A stretch of 64,000 bases of DNA from Eledone cirrhosa (Eukaryota), in contig OZ024743.1 of the NCBI GenBank assembly GCA_964016885.1, positions 200,818,001 to 200,882,000 of the forward strand, written 5' to 3'. The notes beneath the pieces are model-generated. The model was not told the DNA's origin, ran no database searches, and was given only the letters and a program-made list of their open reading frames with translations. This document shows positions 13,639-28,055 of this stretch, piece after piece; within the stretch, counting starts at the first letter, position 1, and each line of letters opens with the position of its first letter. The position numbers were made by a program, and so were the translations under genes.

Positions 13639-14530
13639 GAAATATATGGGCATTTCTCTGTTTGTCTGTCTGTCTGTCCTCCCCTAAAACTCAAATGTAG
13701 GTGCTACAGAAATATTACCTTCCCCTTCCTTTCTCCACTTTGGTACTACCAAGAGAAACACTGTCACTATAGAAACATTACCTTCCCCTCTCCACTGACT
13801 TTGGTCCCTGAGGCCGAGGGAATCACTGGTTGCTATAGAGACACCTTGCACAAGCCAGAAGTAACCACTTCGAAGCGGTTCTGACTTGACACCATGCCAA
13901 GGACCATTTGAAGATATATTTCCATCGTTATGTCATAACGTTTATGTATCATAACGTTTATATTTCCGTCACTAATCTCTTTTCCTCCTTTTTCGTTTTA
14001 ACATATATTTATTTCAAAGATTTCACCGTATAGATAACATATATATTTATACATGCATAAAAGACACACCGAGAGACGGTGAACATGTGGTGCCGAAAAC
14101 ATTTCTCATCCAAATCTCAACAATATCAGTATATACACTAGATTTGCTAGCAGAAAACCGCCCACCGGGTGGTTTTCTGCTAGTCTATATATATAAAACT
14201 GAGGATGTCTGTCTGTGTGTGTGTGTGTGAGTTTTAATCCCTAAAACTCGAGAAGTACCCAACCGATTCTTTTCAAATTTTACATGTGTATTACTTATGT
14301 TTCAGGTAGTGTTATAAACATAAATTCAACTTTTTGATCTCCTAAGTGAAAAATTGCGTTTTTTCAGCTTTTTATGGGTTTTTTTAGGCGTTATGTCAGA
14401 CCAATTTCCTTGAAATTGTAACTATGTATTAGTCAGTCTCTTCTTCATACTGTGAGCAAAGAAAATCCAACTTTTTTATGGCATAGGGTCTGCTTTAGGT
14501 GAAAAACTTCATTTTTTCAGCTTATTATTA
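13620..14530 (+). mobile_element. Two non-autonomous Helitron-like pieces joined head-to-tail (CTAG|TC at 14183/14184); outer boundaries approximate
   Basis: Hairpin ending in ctgCTAG directly followed by TCtatatatataaaactgag...gtctgtct...ccctaaaactcgagaa..caaccgatt; 5' motif shared with 51707. Confidence 0.6.
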
Positions 14531-14896
14531 CATAACTAATAAATAAATAAATATATATATATATATACAATACTGTAACTGGTTATATACTAGCAGAGCT
14601 GGCATATCTAAGAACTGACTAACTGCTTGATGGGGTCATAGCCATTCAATGGCTATCATCGAAATATATATAAGGATTATGAGTTCATGCAATTGACTTA
14701 TGTTTCGTCACTATATATATATATATATATATAGTGTATATATATATATACAATACCATAACTGTCATATACTAGCATATAATATATATATATATATATA
14801 CTGTTAGAAAGTTAAAGGAACACAAACAAGAGATAGACATTTTCCCTTCATCAGTTGTATACTACGGGTCACGGATGTTTCAATCAATATTTACAT

Positions 14897-14955
<59 letters not shown>

Positions 14956-15092
14956 AATAAATATATATGTATATATATATATATATAAATATATATATAT
15001 ATAAATATATATATACACACATATATAGGAAAAGAGTCAGGACCCCGACGGCTGAGCTCCGGCTGTTTCAACAGCTAGATCTAAACTGTTCA

Positions 15093-15390
15093 GTCGAAAG
15101 GTTGTGAGTTCAATTCTCAGACCGGGTGATGTGTTGTTTCCTTGAGCAAGACACTTTATTTCACGTTGCTCCAGTTTCCTCAGCTGTAGAAATGAGATGA
15201 TAGGGACTGGGGTCCCTATCATTCCACTGCAAAGTGGTCGTGGAGGTGCCACTGCAAAAAAGCACCCAGCACTCACTGTAAAGGAGGTTGGTGTTAGGAA
15301 GGGTATCCAGCTGTAGAAATCAAGCCAGAATCAGTTCCCGTCCTACCCTTGCAAGCAGGGAAAAGCGGACGTAAAATGAAATGATGATGA

Positions 15391-15393
<3 letters not shown>
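15093..15393 (+). mobile_element. 5'-truncated SINE family B with RTE tail, abutting an HHR family B fragment (15025-15088)
   Basis: Near identity to 8408-8712. Confidence 0.85.
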
Positions 15394-15437
<44 letters not shown>

Positions 15438-15439
<2 letters not shown>

Positions 15440-15577
15440 TTGTTCCGGGTTCAATCAGAGGTAACCACAGTAAGTAAGGTACTCAATACATAGCAGAGTA
15501 TAAATGTTTTAATATAGAAAAGCTTCTACATGACTAGATTTCTCACGAATGAAACAGTTCTAGTCCTGTAGAAGCTT

Positions 15578-15583
<6 letters not shown>
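15438..15583. mobile_element. Fold-back insertion of repeat family E (partial HHR-like)
   Basis: tatagaaaagcttctacatgactag / ctagtcctgtagaagcttttctata inverted; related to ~7175-7310 and 32797-32923. Confidence 0.55.
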
Positions 15584-15669
<86 letters not shown>

Positions 15670-15988
15670 TTATGTACATACATCACAAAACAGTTAGAAA
15701 AGAATGAAAAAATAAACTAAGTGAACACATCACATCACCCCACTCCAACCAAAAATATAAAGAAGAAATAAGAAACAATAAAAGAAAACTCCTCACTACT
15801 GAAACTCTTCTACCAAATACTGCTCCTCCCTCCACAAACAGATAACAACAACAATAACAACACTTTGTAAAACAATAGACATACAAATACAAAGACATGG
15901 TAGTGCATACATATATATAGACATATATACATACACACAGACATGCATACATACAGACATGCATACATACATATATATATATATATTC

Positions 15989-16047
<59 letters not shown>

Positions 16048-16067
16048 TACATATATATATGTATATG

Positions 16068-16098
<31 letters not shown>

Positions 16099-16163
16099 GT
16101 ATATGTATATATTATATATATACATATATACATATATACATACATACATGCATACATACACAC

Positions 16164-16221
<58 letters not shown>

Positions 16222-16579
16222 GTATATATTATATATATACATATATACATATATACATACATACATGCATACATACACACACACACATATATATATATAT
16301 ATACATATATACATACATACATATATATATACATGCACACAGGCAAGCATACATACATACATATACATACACACACACACATACATATATATACATTCAT
16401 ACATTCATACATATACACACATACATACATACATACATACATACATACATACATACATACATACATACATACATACATACATACAGTGCCTTGCACAAAT
16501 ATATATACTACATTCTCTCTCATAATGATCATCCACCTGAAACCAATGAATGCTAAAAAGTAATGGAGCAAAAGGATGT

Positions 16580-16616
<37 letters not shown>

Positions 16617-16829
16617 ATGAAGGAGTAGGAGGGAGTAAGGTGGTGTAGGGCCAGTAGCTTTTGTAACATCCCGTCCCACCCTGTGGGAACCAGTTGAGAT
16701 CTGTGTTGGTGGTGTTTGTAGCTTGACGAAAGGAGCCGTCAATATACATGTGTATGTATATATATATATGCTTTGTATTTACATAGATATATGTATATCT
16801 ACTTATTTCTCTATATATATGTATGTGTA

Positions 16830-16909
<80 letters not shown>

Positions 16910-16916
16910 TATAATA

Positions 16917-17164
16917 ATAATTGAATATAAAAGAAAAGCAAACACAGATATATACATATATGTGTTCAAATCGTAAGGGACCAGATTCGCTAAGGTGAAA
17001 AGAATACTAACTTCACCTTAGCGAATCTGGTCCCTTACGATTTAAACACATATATGTATATATCTGTGTTTGTTTTTCTTTTATACTCAATTATAATATA
17101 CGGCTCGGAAAAATCTCTTTCTTAGAGCTATTTTATTGTAAGAGACTATTTTGAGTTTCTAACT

Positions 17165-17170
<6 letters not shown>
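16917..17170. mobile_element. Fold-back element in (TA)n: 83-bp inverted arms, 12-bp spacer, one-sided tail
   Basis: 16917-16999 is the reverse complement of 17012-17094 with few mismatches. Confidence 0.7.
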
Positions 17171-17220
<50 letters not shown>

Positions 17221-17225
<5 letters not shown>

Positions 17226-17775
17226 TTACACAAGTATCAAAGTTAAGTTTAAATCATTTAATTGCTGACAATTGTTTTTTCCAAATTTTAGTTTGAAGTC
17301 ATCGGAGCATTAACAATGTTTGTACATATAATTAACCTCCTATTCAACTGAATAATCATATAGATACATATATATTGATGTTGTGAACAACAGTTTAGTA
17401 TATATAGCGTGTAATGGATGCGACATATATTATACGAGAATTGTACAATAATTCAAATTCAAGTTAAAGTTAAAATTAAAAGCACAGATTGGAAGCGTAT
17501 ACATATATATATAGAATAGGAGATTAATTATATGTACAAACATTGTTAATGCTCCGATGAACCCAAACTAAAATTTGGAAGAAACAATTGTCAGCGATTA
17601 AATGATTTAAATATAACTTTGATACTTGTGTAATCTATATTACTGCTCTGTAAAACAACTGATGTTCTTACATTGAGCTATTTCTCTTACTGGTAATAAG
17701 GTAGTAATAAATTACTGACCTTCACTGTTTTTAGTTGTTTATAGTATAGTATATACACAACTATAAATAGTATCT

Positions 17776-17790
<15 letters not shown>
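17221..17790 (+). mobile_element. Penelope-like fold-back element (HHR family D)
   Basis: 17221-17345 inverted against 17513-17640; flanked by (TA)n. Confidence 0.65.
17546..17601 (+). ncRNA. Minimal type I hammerhead-like motif with U4C core (CCGAUGA)
   Basis: UUAAUGCU-CCGAUGA-ACCCAAA CUAAAA UUUGGAA-GAAA-CAAUUG-UC^-AGCGAUUAA; palindromic stem III ACAAUUGU. Confidence 0.6.
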
Positions 17791-17818
<28 letters not shown>

Positions 17819-17822
17819 ATAT

Positions 17823-18011
17823 TAATTGTTTCTACTTTTGGCACAAGGCCAGCAAATACCCAGTGCATTACTGGTACTTTATTTTATCGACCCCGTAAGG
17901 ATGAAAGGCAAAGTCAACCTCGGCGGGATTTGAACTCAGATCGTAAAGGGACGTAACTATGCTGGAAAGCATGGCGTCCGACCCTCTACCGATACTGCCA
18001 ATCCACCGCCC
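17823..18011 (-). mobile_element. Full-length SINE family A with target-site duplication
   Basis: Flanked by direct repeat atatatacaatatattaat. Confidence 0.9.
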
Positions 18012-19127
18012 ATATATACAATATATTAATAAATGGAAACTATATTTATAAAACCATAATTATTTTATTATATTTATTTCAAGGTCGACCAAGCCAATCT
18101 TGGTGCGATTTCATCACATAAAATATTTTATAAATAGTGACATAACCATGGAAAACAACCTTGACGGTTGAAAATTCGTGTTATGTCCTTGAGGAAGACA
18201 CTTTATTTCACGTTGCTCCTTCTACCTGGAGTTGCGACCGATAGATAGTATTAACAATTGGAAAGACCAATGGAAACATTGTTTCCTCGGTCTGATTTGA
18301 CGAAAGTCGATCGACACACTCTCTCTATATATATATTATATATATATTCAGTAAAACAACTTTCAACACAGGCAGGCACCTTACCTTGGTGTGTTATCTA
18401 CGGACTACAAATTTGTCATTTTGTTTTTGTTATTGTTGTATTTAACTGCTGCTATTGTTGTTTCTGCTATTGTTATTGTCATTATTGTTGCTGTTGTCGC
18501 TGCAGTCATTATAGTCTAGTGCCTTCATAGATGGTAGCTGTCTTGAAGTTTGTCTTTGTGATACTGATTGTCCTGTATTTGTCTAAATACATGTAAGTGC
18601 ATACTTCTTTTTCTTTTTCTTAGCCCAGTAATTCCTGAGAGGGTCAAGGGGACAGACCTCAAACACTCCTTCCAGCAGTGTCAATATAAAAAAACAAGCA
18701 ATATCAATATAAAAAACTACATCGATATTAATATTCAGCAATATTCACCATCAGTGCTAGAAAAACCGCTAAGTTTGAAAGTCCAGCAGTCTTTAAAAAA
18801 AAAATCTCACACTGTCCCCAAATGGGAAGGGGAGGCTATCGTAAAATATAAAATAATATACACGAAGGTCATTGAACCCTGTTAGGAATCCAAACCACGT
18901 GTTAAGAACTCAACTGGATAATAAAAAAATAAATATATGTACGTATTATTATACAATGATATTAAATAAATGGAAACTATATTTATAAAAGCATATTTAT
19001 TCTATTATATTTCAAGGGTACCAAAACTTTGGTACGCTTTCAGATAAAATAAGAAAGTGTGTTTTATAAATTTTGACATAACCAAGAAAAATACCTTAAC
19101 GGTTCAAGTTTTTCTTGGCTAGTCATA

Positions 19128-19263
<136 letters not shown>

Positions 19264-19409
19264 ATACTTTTGAAGAGGCAATCTGTTTTGATGTCAGATA
19301 TTTTTAATGAACATAATTGGAAGCATGATATGTATATGAAAAGTGTGTGCATAAGTGCAGATGCGTGTGTGTGAATATATGTGTGAGCAGGTGTCTATAT
19401 ATATATGTA

Positions 19410-19720
19410 TATATATATTGTATGCTAAAGGCAAACAGAAATAACAAAGCAAGCGACACAGTACAATGAAGAATTATATTGTTTAGTTTTACACTTCATA
19501 TAGTAGAAAAAGTGTCTTAACATTTTGGACGCTAGTCCTTCATCAGAAGATAGAATAAGAAATTAAAGAAGAAATTGAAAGATTGAGGAGACGAACAGGG
19601 TGGAAACGGAAAAAGTATTTTTAGCAAAAAATAACAGGTTTATTCAGTTGCCTTCTCTTGGAAAACTGTTGATGCAGGCGTTTTGTGTATGATATACTTG
19701 TTTTGAAAAGGCGATGATGG
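19410..19720 (-). mobile_element. Penelope-like 3' fragment with degenerate HHR (family F)
   Basis: Minus at 19515-19550: UCUU-CUGAUGA-AGGAC UAGC GUCC-AAAA-UGUUA-AGA; related degenerate copy at ~12560-12665 (+). Confidence 0.45.
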
Positions 19721-19733
19721 AATGTGTCTATTT

Positions 19734-20151
<418 letters not shown>

Positions 20152-20747
20152 TTGACGGGACTAGCATGGGTTTCACTGCTAGTACTGGTTACATTTCAGC
20201 ACACTCAATATGTTATGTTATGTAAAATCTCAGAGTATATATATATATATATATATATTTAAATGCGAGTGTGTGTGCCTTCGTAGAGGTGCATGGCTTA
20301 GAGTTTAGGGTGTTTGATTTCCAGCGGCACATTTTTCTTCTCAAGCAAGACTATTTCATGTTCGTCAGCCAGTAAAACAAATTGAACCTGTTATTCAAAA
20401 GGTCAGCCTTGTCACACATGTCATACTGAATCTTCCTGAGAACTGCACTAGGGATAAGCATATTTGATGAAAGGTCAGACTCTTGTACATCAATTTCACA
20501 TACAGACTTGAATCAATTGTTTGTTGAACAACAGGTACACTTATTACCACATCACATTAACAATAATTGTTTCTACTGTCGGCACAAGGACAGCAATTAT
20601 TCCAGTGCATTACTGGTACTTTATTTGATCGACCCTGTAAGGATGAAAGGTAAAGTTAACCCCGCTCGGATGTGAACTCAGACAATATTGGCAGTTTATT
20701 GTTATAATAAAACTTCTCAAATGGTTTCAGTTCTTTCTTCCTATTGT

Positions 20748-21562
20748 ATAGCTTAATGGTTAGAGCATGGCTTAGTGGTTAAAGCATGGTTTAGTGGAAA
20801 GAGTATGGCTTAGTGGTTAGAACATGGCTTAGTGGTTAGAGCATAGGTTAGTGGTTACAGTATGGCTTAGTGGTTAGAGTATGGCTTAGTGGTTAGAGCA
20901 CGGCTTAGTGGTTAGTGTATGGCTTAATGGTTAGAGCATGGCTTAGTGGTTAGTGTATGGCTTAGTGGTTAGAGCATGGCTTAGTAGATAGAACATTGCT
21001 TAGTGATTAGAACATGGCCTAATGGTTAGAGCATGGCTTAGTGGTTAGAGCATAGGTTAGTGGTTAGATTATGGCTTAGTGGTTAGAGCATAGGTTAGTG
21101 GTTAGATTATGGCTTAGTGGTTAGAGTATGGCTTAGTGGTTAGTGTATGGCTTAATGGTTAGAGCATGGATTAGTGGTTAGTGTATGGCTTAGTGGTTAG
21201 AGCATAGGTTAGTGGTTAGAGCATGGTTTAGTGGTTAGAGTATGGCTTAGTGATTAGAGCATGGCTTAGTGATTAGAGCATGGCTTAGTGGTTAGTGCTT
21301 AGCTTAGTGGTTAGAACATGGCTTAATGGTTAGAGCATAGCATAGTGGTTAGAGCATTGGGCTTACAACCACAAGGTTGTGAGTTTGATCCTCAGACTTG
21401 ACTTTGCGTTGTGTCCTTGAGCAAGATACTTTATTTCACGTTGCTCCAGTTTACTCAGCTATTACCAGCATACGAGACTGCTGGTCTTCCATAAACAACC
21501 TTGCCCGGACTTGTACCTCGGTGGGGAACTTTCTAGGTGAACATCCCATGGTCATTCGTGAC
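20748..21562 (+). repeat. 19-bp tandem array (~32x ggcttagtggttagagcat) continuing into a SINE family B body
   Basis: Unit equals the SINE B A-box region; the last unit runs into B-box and CORE at ~21360-21460. Confidence 0.9.
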
Positions 21563-21862
21563 TACTCACACATATAAATCTACAACACTCACACACACAC
21601 ACACACACGAACCTACATACATTCTCAAATTGGAACCAATGCAGGTCCAACACTTGCACACTCATTTATGTGTGTATGTGAGTGTGTGTGTGTGTTTGTA
21701 TTTGTTGGGAAAATAATTAAGGTATGTAACTGATGATGTATTATAACAAACACACATTCCAAAATGGTACATGACAGAAAATTAAATAAACTAAGATATC
21801 TCTCCCTCTTTCACCATCTGACTTTCTACACACACACAGATATATATATATATATATATATA

Positions 21863-22185
21863 ATCATTTCATTTTACGTCCGCTTTTTCCCTGCTTGCAA
21901 GGGTGGGACGGGAACTGATGCTGGCTTGATTTCTACAGCTGGATGCCCTTCCTAACACCAACCTCATTTACAGTGAGTGCTGGGTGCTTTTTTTCCGTGG
22001 CATCTCCACGACCACTTTGCAGTGGAATGATATGGACCCCAGTCCCTGTCATCTCATTTCTACAGCTGAGTAAACTGGAGCAATGTGAAATAAAGTGTCT
22101 TGCTCAAGGAAAGAACACATCACCCGGTCTGAGAATTGAACTCACAACCTTTCGATTGCAAGGCCAATGCTCTAACCACTAAGCC

Positions 22186-22189
<4 letters not shown>
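21863..22189 (-). mobile_element. Full-length SINE family B with RTE tail
   Basis: Reverse complement of 8371-8712. Confidence 0.85.
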
Positions 22190-22267
<78 letters not shown>

Positions 22268-22285
22268 ATATTGTATATGTATATA

Positions 22286-22321
<36 letters not shown>

Positions 22322-22674
22322 TATATTGTATATGTATATTGTGTTCTTGAGCAAAACACTTCAGTTCACGTTGCTCCAGTATACTCAGCTGGAAATGAGT
22401 ACCAGCAATAGCTGGAGGTTTAACCCTGCGATGGACTGGCGTCCTGTCCAGAGTGGGGTGGGGGTGGAGTCTTATACTCTCAGTCGCTTCACGCCATGAA
22501 ACCGGGATAAGCACCGACCAAATGAGCCTTCTGGCTTAAGAAAGACTTTTTTTATATATATATACATACATATACATATATAGACACACATATATATATA
22601 TATATACATACATATATATATATATGCATATATATATAAATACATATATATATATGTATACATATATAAATACA

Positions 22675-22710
<36 letters not shown>

Positions 22711-22749
22711 CGATATTAACAAATGGAAACTATATTTATAAAACCATAT

Positions 22750-22815
22750 TTATTTCATTATACATATTTCAAGGACACCAAGTTAAATTATGGTGTGCTT
22801 TCATCAGACAAAATA
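22750..22815 (-). ncRNA. Minimal type I hammerhead ribozyme (family C copy)
   Basis: UAUUUUGU-CUGAUGA-AAGCACACCA...UGGUGUCCUU-GAAA-UAUGUA-UA-AUGAAAUA. Confidence 0.65.
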
Positions 22816-23092
22816 TAATATAGATCAGTTTTATAAATAAATATTGACATACCCTTAAAAAATGCAACCATTACTGTTGGATATACATATATATTTATTT
22901 ATATTTGCATTGAGTGAGAGAGAAGGGGGTGGAGAAAATGAGCACAGTAAACCAAAACAACCCTAAAATTATGAGTGCACGTATATATATAGATATGTAT
23001 ATATATATATATATATATAATGTAGTACAAATTTGGTATTAAATATCCAAGGGTAAGAGCACTCAGTCCATAAGACTATAGGACGAGTTAAG

Positions 23093-23229
23093 TATAATTA
23101 GTTACAACAGTGACATATATAGGTACTTAAGTTTTGTTGGGTTATACACCTGTTATAGCCGAATGAGTTGGAGTGTATAACTCAATGAAATTTGAGTACC
23201 TGTATAAGTCACAGTTGTAACTAATTATA
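23093..23229. repeat. Imperfect inverted repeat (~58-bp arms) in TA-rich context
   Basis: aattagttacaac...gggttatacac / gtgtataactc...gttgtaactaatt. Confidence 0.7.
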
Positions 23230-23242
23230 TACATACATATAT

Positions 23243-23274
<32 letters not shown>

Positions 23275-23354
23275 TATTATATATATTTATGTATATATAC
23301 ATATATATATGTCCAACCCATTCGAGCATGGGAAAATGAACATAAAAATGATGA

Positions 23355-23418
<64 letters not shown>

Positions 23419-23590
23419 GTATATATATATGTATATATATATATATGTATGTATATATGTATGCATATTAATGCAAAACATATAATAGAAATAACAGAAC
23501 AATAGAAGTTACAATATATATACAAACATGCACCTATATAGATGTATATATGTATATCTATCTATCTATCTATCTGTCTATATGTATGTG

Positions 23591-23662
<72 letters not shown>

Positions 23663-23772
23663 GAACAAACCTAAGCAAGGAAAAATAAGAAAGTATCATA
23701 ATTTGAAAGGATAATAATTAAATAATAGAATAATAGAATGAATTAAAGAAAGATGTGAAGAAAGTGTCTTAC

Positions 23773-23794
23773 CTGAATCCCTTAAAGTGGCCAT
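23773..23794 (-). CDS. Putative first coding segment (MATLRDS + 1 nt) of an unidentified gene; exon 23773-23887
   Basis: Minus strand ttctttgcag| acceptor, ttacaATGG Kozak-like context, CAG|GTAAGA donor. Confidence 0.3.
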
Positions 23795-25435
23795 TGTAAG
23801 TATTTGGGTGTGTGGGGTCCAAGCAAGGTTAAGTCCTTTTCAGTCTCTAAGCATTTAAAAAATAATGGTGCTCTCTATATATAGAGTCTGCAAAGAATTT
23901 TTTTTTCTTCTAGAATGACAAATATGTTTATCTAGAATAAAATAATGTCCTGGTCTCCCTTAATACCCTCAGTATGTGTTTATTTTGCTTAATGTTTAAT
24001 CCAGCCCTGTGTGTGGGCCTTAATTTTATTGACTGGACCAGGCCAGCTATGCAATAATAATGACACGTTATATATTAACTGAACTGTTTAGCAATATACA
24101 AAAGGTACTGCAGTTATCTCCACTTCACACAGTATGAGAAAAGGGGTGAGGTATTCACCCACCTGTCCTCCACTAAATCTTTTCCTTTCTCCTGAAAAAA
24201 AAAAACGGCATAAACTTTAATCGGTGATGGCAGTAGTTGTGTTGTGGTTACTGTTGTTTGTAAGTGGCGGGGAGTGCTGCTGGTGGTGCTGATGGTGGTG
24301 GTGCTGATGGTGGTGGTGATGGTGGTGCTGGTGGTTCCTATTATTACTATTATTACTATTATTATTATTCTTATTATTCTCACCTTTGGAGGAATTTGTT
24401 GTTTCTTTTTTAAATGTTTATTTTCTTAGTTTCTTTTATAAATTTTATTTTTTACACACAAAAACCCCAACACTATATCGTCCTGTACCGTCTTTAATGT
24501 TTACTTAATGTGAACCCTGTGACTAATAAAGAAATTATTATTATTATTATTATTGTTGTTGTTGTTGTTATTCTTGTTATTCTTGTTATTATTATCGTTG
24601 TTGTTGTTGTTGTTTTCTTATTGTCTTTCCTCCATTACTGTTTTATCATCATCATCATCATCATCATTGTCATTATGATTACTGAGTTGCCCCTGGGTGG
24701 TTTTTAAGCCCCCTAGTTGGGAATTTATTTTGTTATATTTTTATAAATTATTTTTGCAAATTTGTTTTTTACTCAATTTTAATGTAAACCCCCCACTGTC
24801 TTTGTATTGTCCTCTATCTGTCAGCCCTTGTGGCCAATAAATGAAACAATTATTATTACTGTGCCTTTCATCCCTACGGGGTCGATAAAATAAAGTACCA
24901 GTAATACACTGGGGTAATTGCTGGCCTTGTGCCAAAAGTAGAAACAATTATTATTATTATTATTATTATTATTACTGTTATTTTCAGTCCTTGTATTGTC
25001 CCCTACTCCGGTCCTTGTGGCCAATAAAACAAATCATTCTTCTATTTCTTATTGTTATTGTTTGTATATTTTATTATTTATGTTAAAATAAAGTACCAGT
25101 AATGCACTGGTGAATTGCTGGCCTTGTGCCTAACGTAGAAACAATTATTTATGTTATTATTTATCGATAAAATAAAGTACCAGTAATACACTGAGATAAT
25201 TGCTGGCCTTGTGCCAAAAGTAGAAACAATTATTCTTGTTATTGGCAATTGCTACTGAAGTGACACTTCTAGGTGGGAAGGAGGCTAGAGCTGGAGGTGG
25301 GTGGTGGGGTCAATAATGAGACAATATATTCATATCTGTTAAATACTGGGGTTGATATAATGTGATATAATCAACTAGTCCCCTCACTTGGGATTTGTAA
25401 ACTTGTGTCTGTCTTTAGAAGTTACTGCTTATATC

Positions 25436-25800
25436 ATTATTGTTGTTGTTGTTTTTATTGATGCTGCTGTTGTTGTTGTTATTGTTGTTGTTATTGTTGC
25501 TATTGTTGTTGTTGCTGCTGTTGCTGTTGTTGTTGTTGCTGTTGCTGCTGCTGTTGTTGTTGTTGTTGTTGTTGCTATTGTTGTTGTTGCTGTTGTTGCT
25601 GTTGTTGTTGTTGCTGCTGCTGCTGCTGCTGCTGTTGTTGTTGTTGTTGTTGCTGCTATTGTTGTTGTTGTTGTGACTGCTATTGTTGTTGTTGCTGTTA
25701 TAGTTGCTGTTGTTGTTGTTGTTGTTATTGATATTGTTTATAATATTATTGTTGTGTTGTTGTTGTTATTGTTGTTATTGTTGTTGTTATGCTTTTGTTT
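25436..25800. repeat. (GTT/GCT)n trinucleotide tract
   Basis: Direct inspection. Confidence 0.9.
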
Positions 25801-26142
25801 TTAAACTGCAAATCACCTGTATACAGGTAAGTATGTAAAGTAAATATATACAAGTTATAGTTTAATCAGAGGCTCACCTGTGTGTTTGTTTGCCAAATAT
25901 GTGTGCACATGTGTGTATGAGTGTGTCTATGCATGTATGTATGTGTGTGTATGTGGATGTGTATATGTATGTAGGTGTTTATGCATGTATGTGTATGTAT
26001 GTATGTATGTCTATATGTAGGTATGTATGTATATATATATATATATGTGTGAGTGTAAGTGAAGTTATATATGTATGAGAGAGTGTGTGTGTGTGTGCAT
26101 GCGTGTGTGTGAAGGTATATATATATATATATATATATATTT

Positions 26143-26210
<68 letters not shown>

Positions 26211-26579
26211 TGTGCGTGCGTGTGAAGGTATATATATGTGTGTGTGTGTGTGAAGGTATATTATATGTGTGTGTGTGAAGGTAGCTGATAAAGGTGGTAT
26301 ATTACCTGCTGGACCATCCAGCCATACAATCAATCAGCACCTCACAACAAGGTAAATGCAGGTAAGACAAGGCAAGGTAAGGTAGACAAGGAGAGAGAAA
26401 TAATCAGTCAGGTAAATGGCAAATCCACTGTTGTGGTTGGTTCACTTGATTTGGTGACACACTGAGGTGTCTGTCTGACTGACTGACTGACAGGTTGACT
26501 GTCTGGCTGGTTGCCTGTCTGTCTGTCTGTCTGGCTGGCTGGCTACCTGTCTCTCTCTCTATTTGTCTACCTGCCAGTC

Positions 26580-26689
<110 letters not shown>

Positions 26690-26779
26690 AAAATACTGCA
26701 GGTAGCGCATGGATAACATGTAATAAAATGAGTCCCTCATCAGTGATTTGCCGACGATCATAGATATTTCATTGCATTA

Positions 26780-27334
<555 letters not shown>

Positions 27335-27367
27335 ATATATATATATATATATGCAGTTGCCTGTCTG

Positions 27368-27433
<66 letters not shown>

Positions 27434-27536
27434 TCTCTCTCTATGTGGTTGTCTGTCTCTCTCTCTCTTTGCCTCTCTCTACATTTGGCAGTGGTTGCAG
27501 ACATGGTGTACCACTGACAATGGCTATAGTGGTGTG

Positions 27537-27602
<66 letters not shown>

Positions 27603-28021
27603 ATGTGTGTGTGCATGTATGGGTTAGTGTGTGTGTATGTGAGTGTTAGTGTTAGGGTATGTGTGAATAAGGTATAGATGATGTGTGTGTGTGAAAGAGA
27701 GAGAGAGAGAGCACACGTGTACCTATGTACTTGTGTCAACTTTGTGTGTGTGTGTGTCTGTGGATGTCTTTGTGTGTGTGTGTGAGAGAGTGACTGTATC
27801 AGTGTCTGTATGTCTGTCAGTATATGTATGTGTGTTAGTTTGTGTGTGTGTGAGAGAGAGAATATGTGTGAATCATGCATCAGTGTGTGTATCTGTGTCA
27901 GTGTGTGTATGGCTGTCAGTGTGTGTATGGCTGTCAGTGTGTGTATATGTGTGTGTGTGAATGTGGAAACTGGCAATCAAACAAAGTGAGGGAGAGAGAA
28001 AGAGTGTGAGAGAGAGAGTGT

Positions 28022-28055
<34 letters not shown>

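Noticed and set aside
18385-18627. Minus-strand coding exon ending in AAG|GTAAGG
   Set aside because: The two candidate acceptor/frame combinations I translated hit stops before the donor; could only be non-coding
20748-21357. Interstitial telomeric repeat
   Set aside because: GGTTAG resemblance is incidental; the unit is a 19-bp SINE A-box
26728-26775. Permuted (type II-like) hammerhead on minus strand; similar motif at ~14840-14882
   Set aside because: CUGAUGA and GAAA present, but stem II cannot be paired
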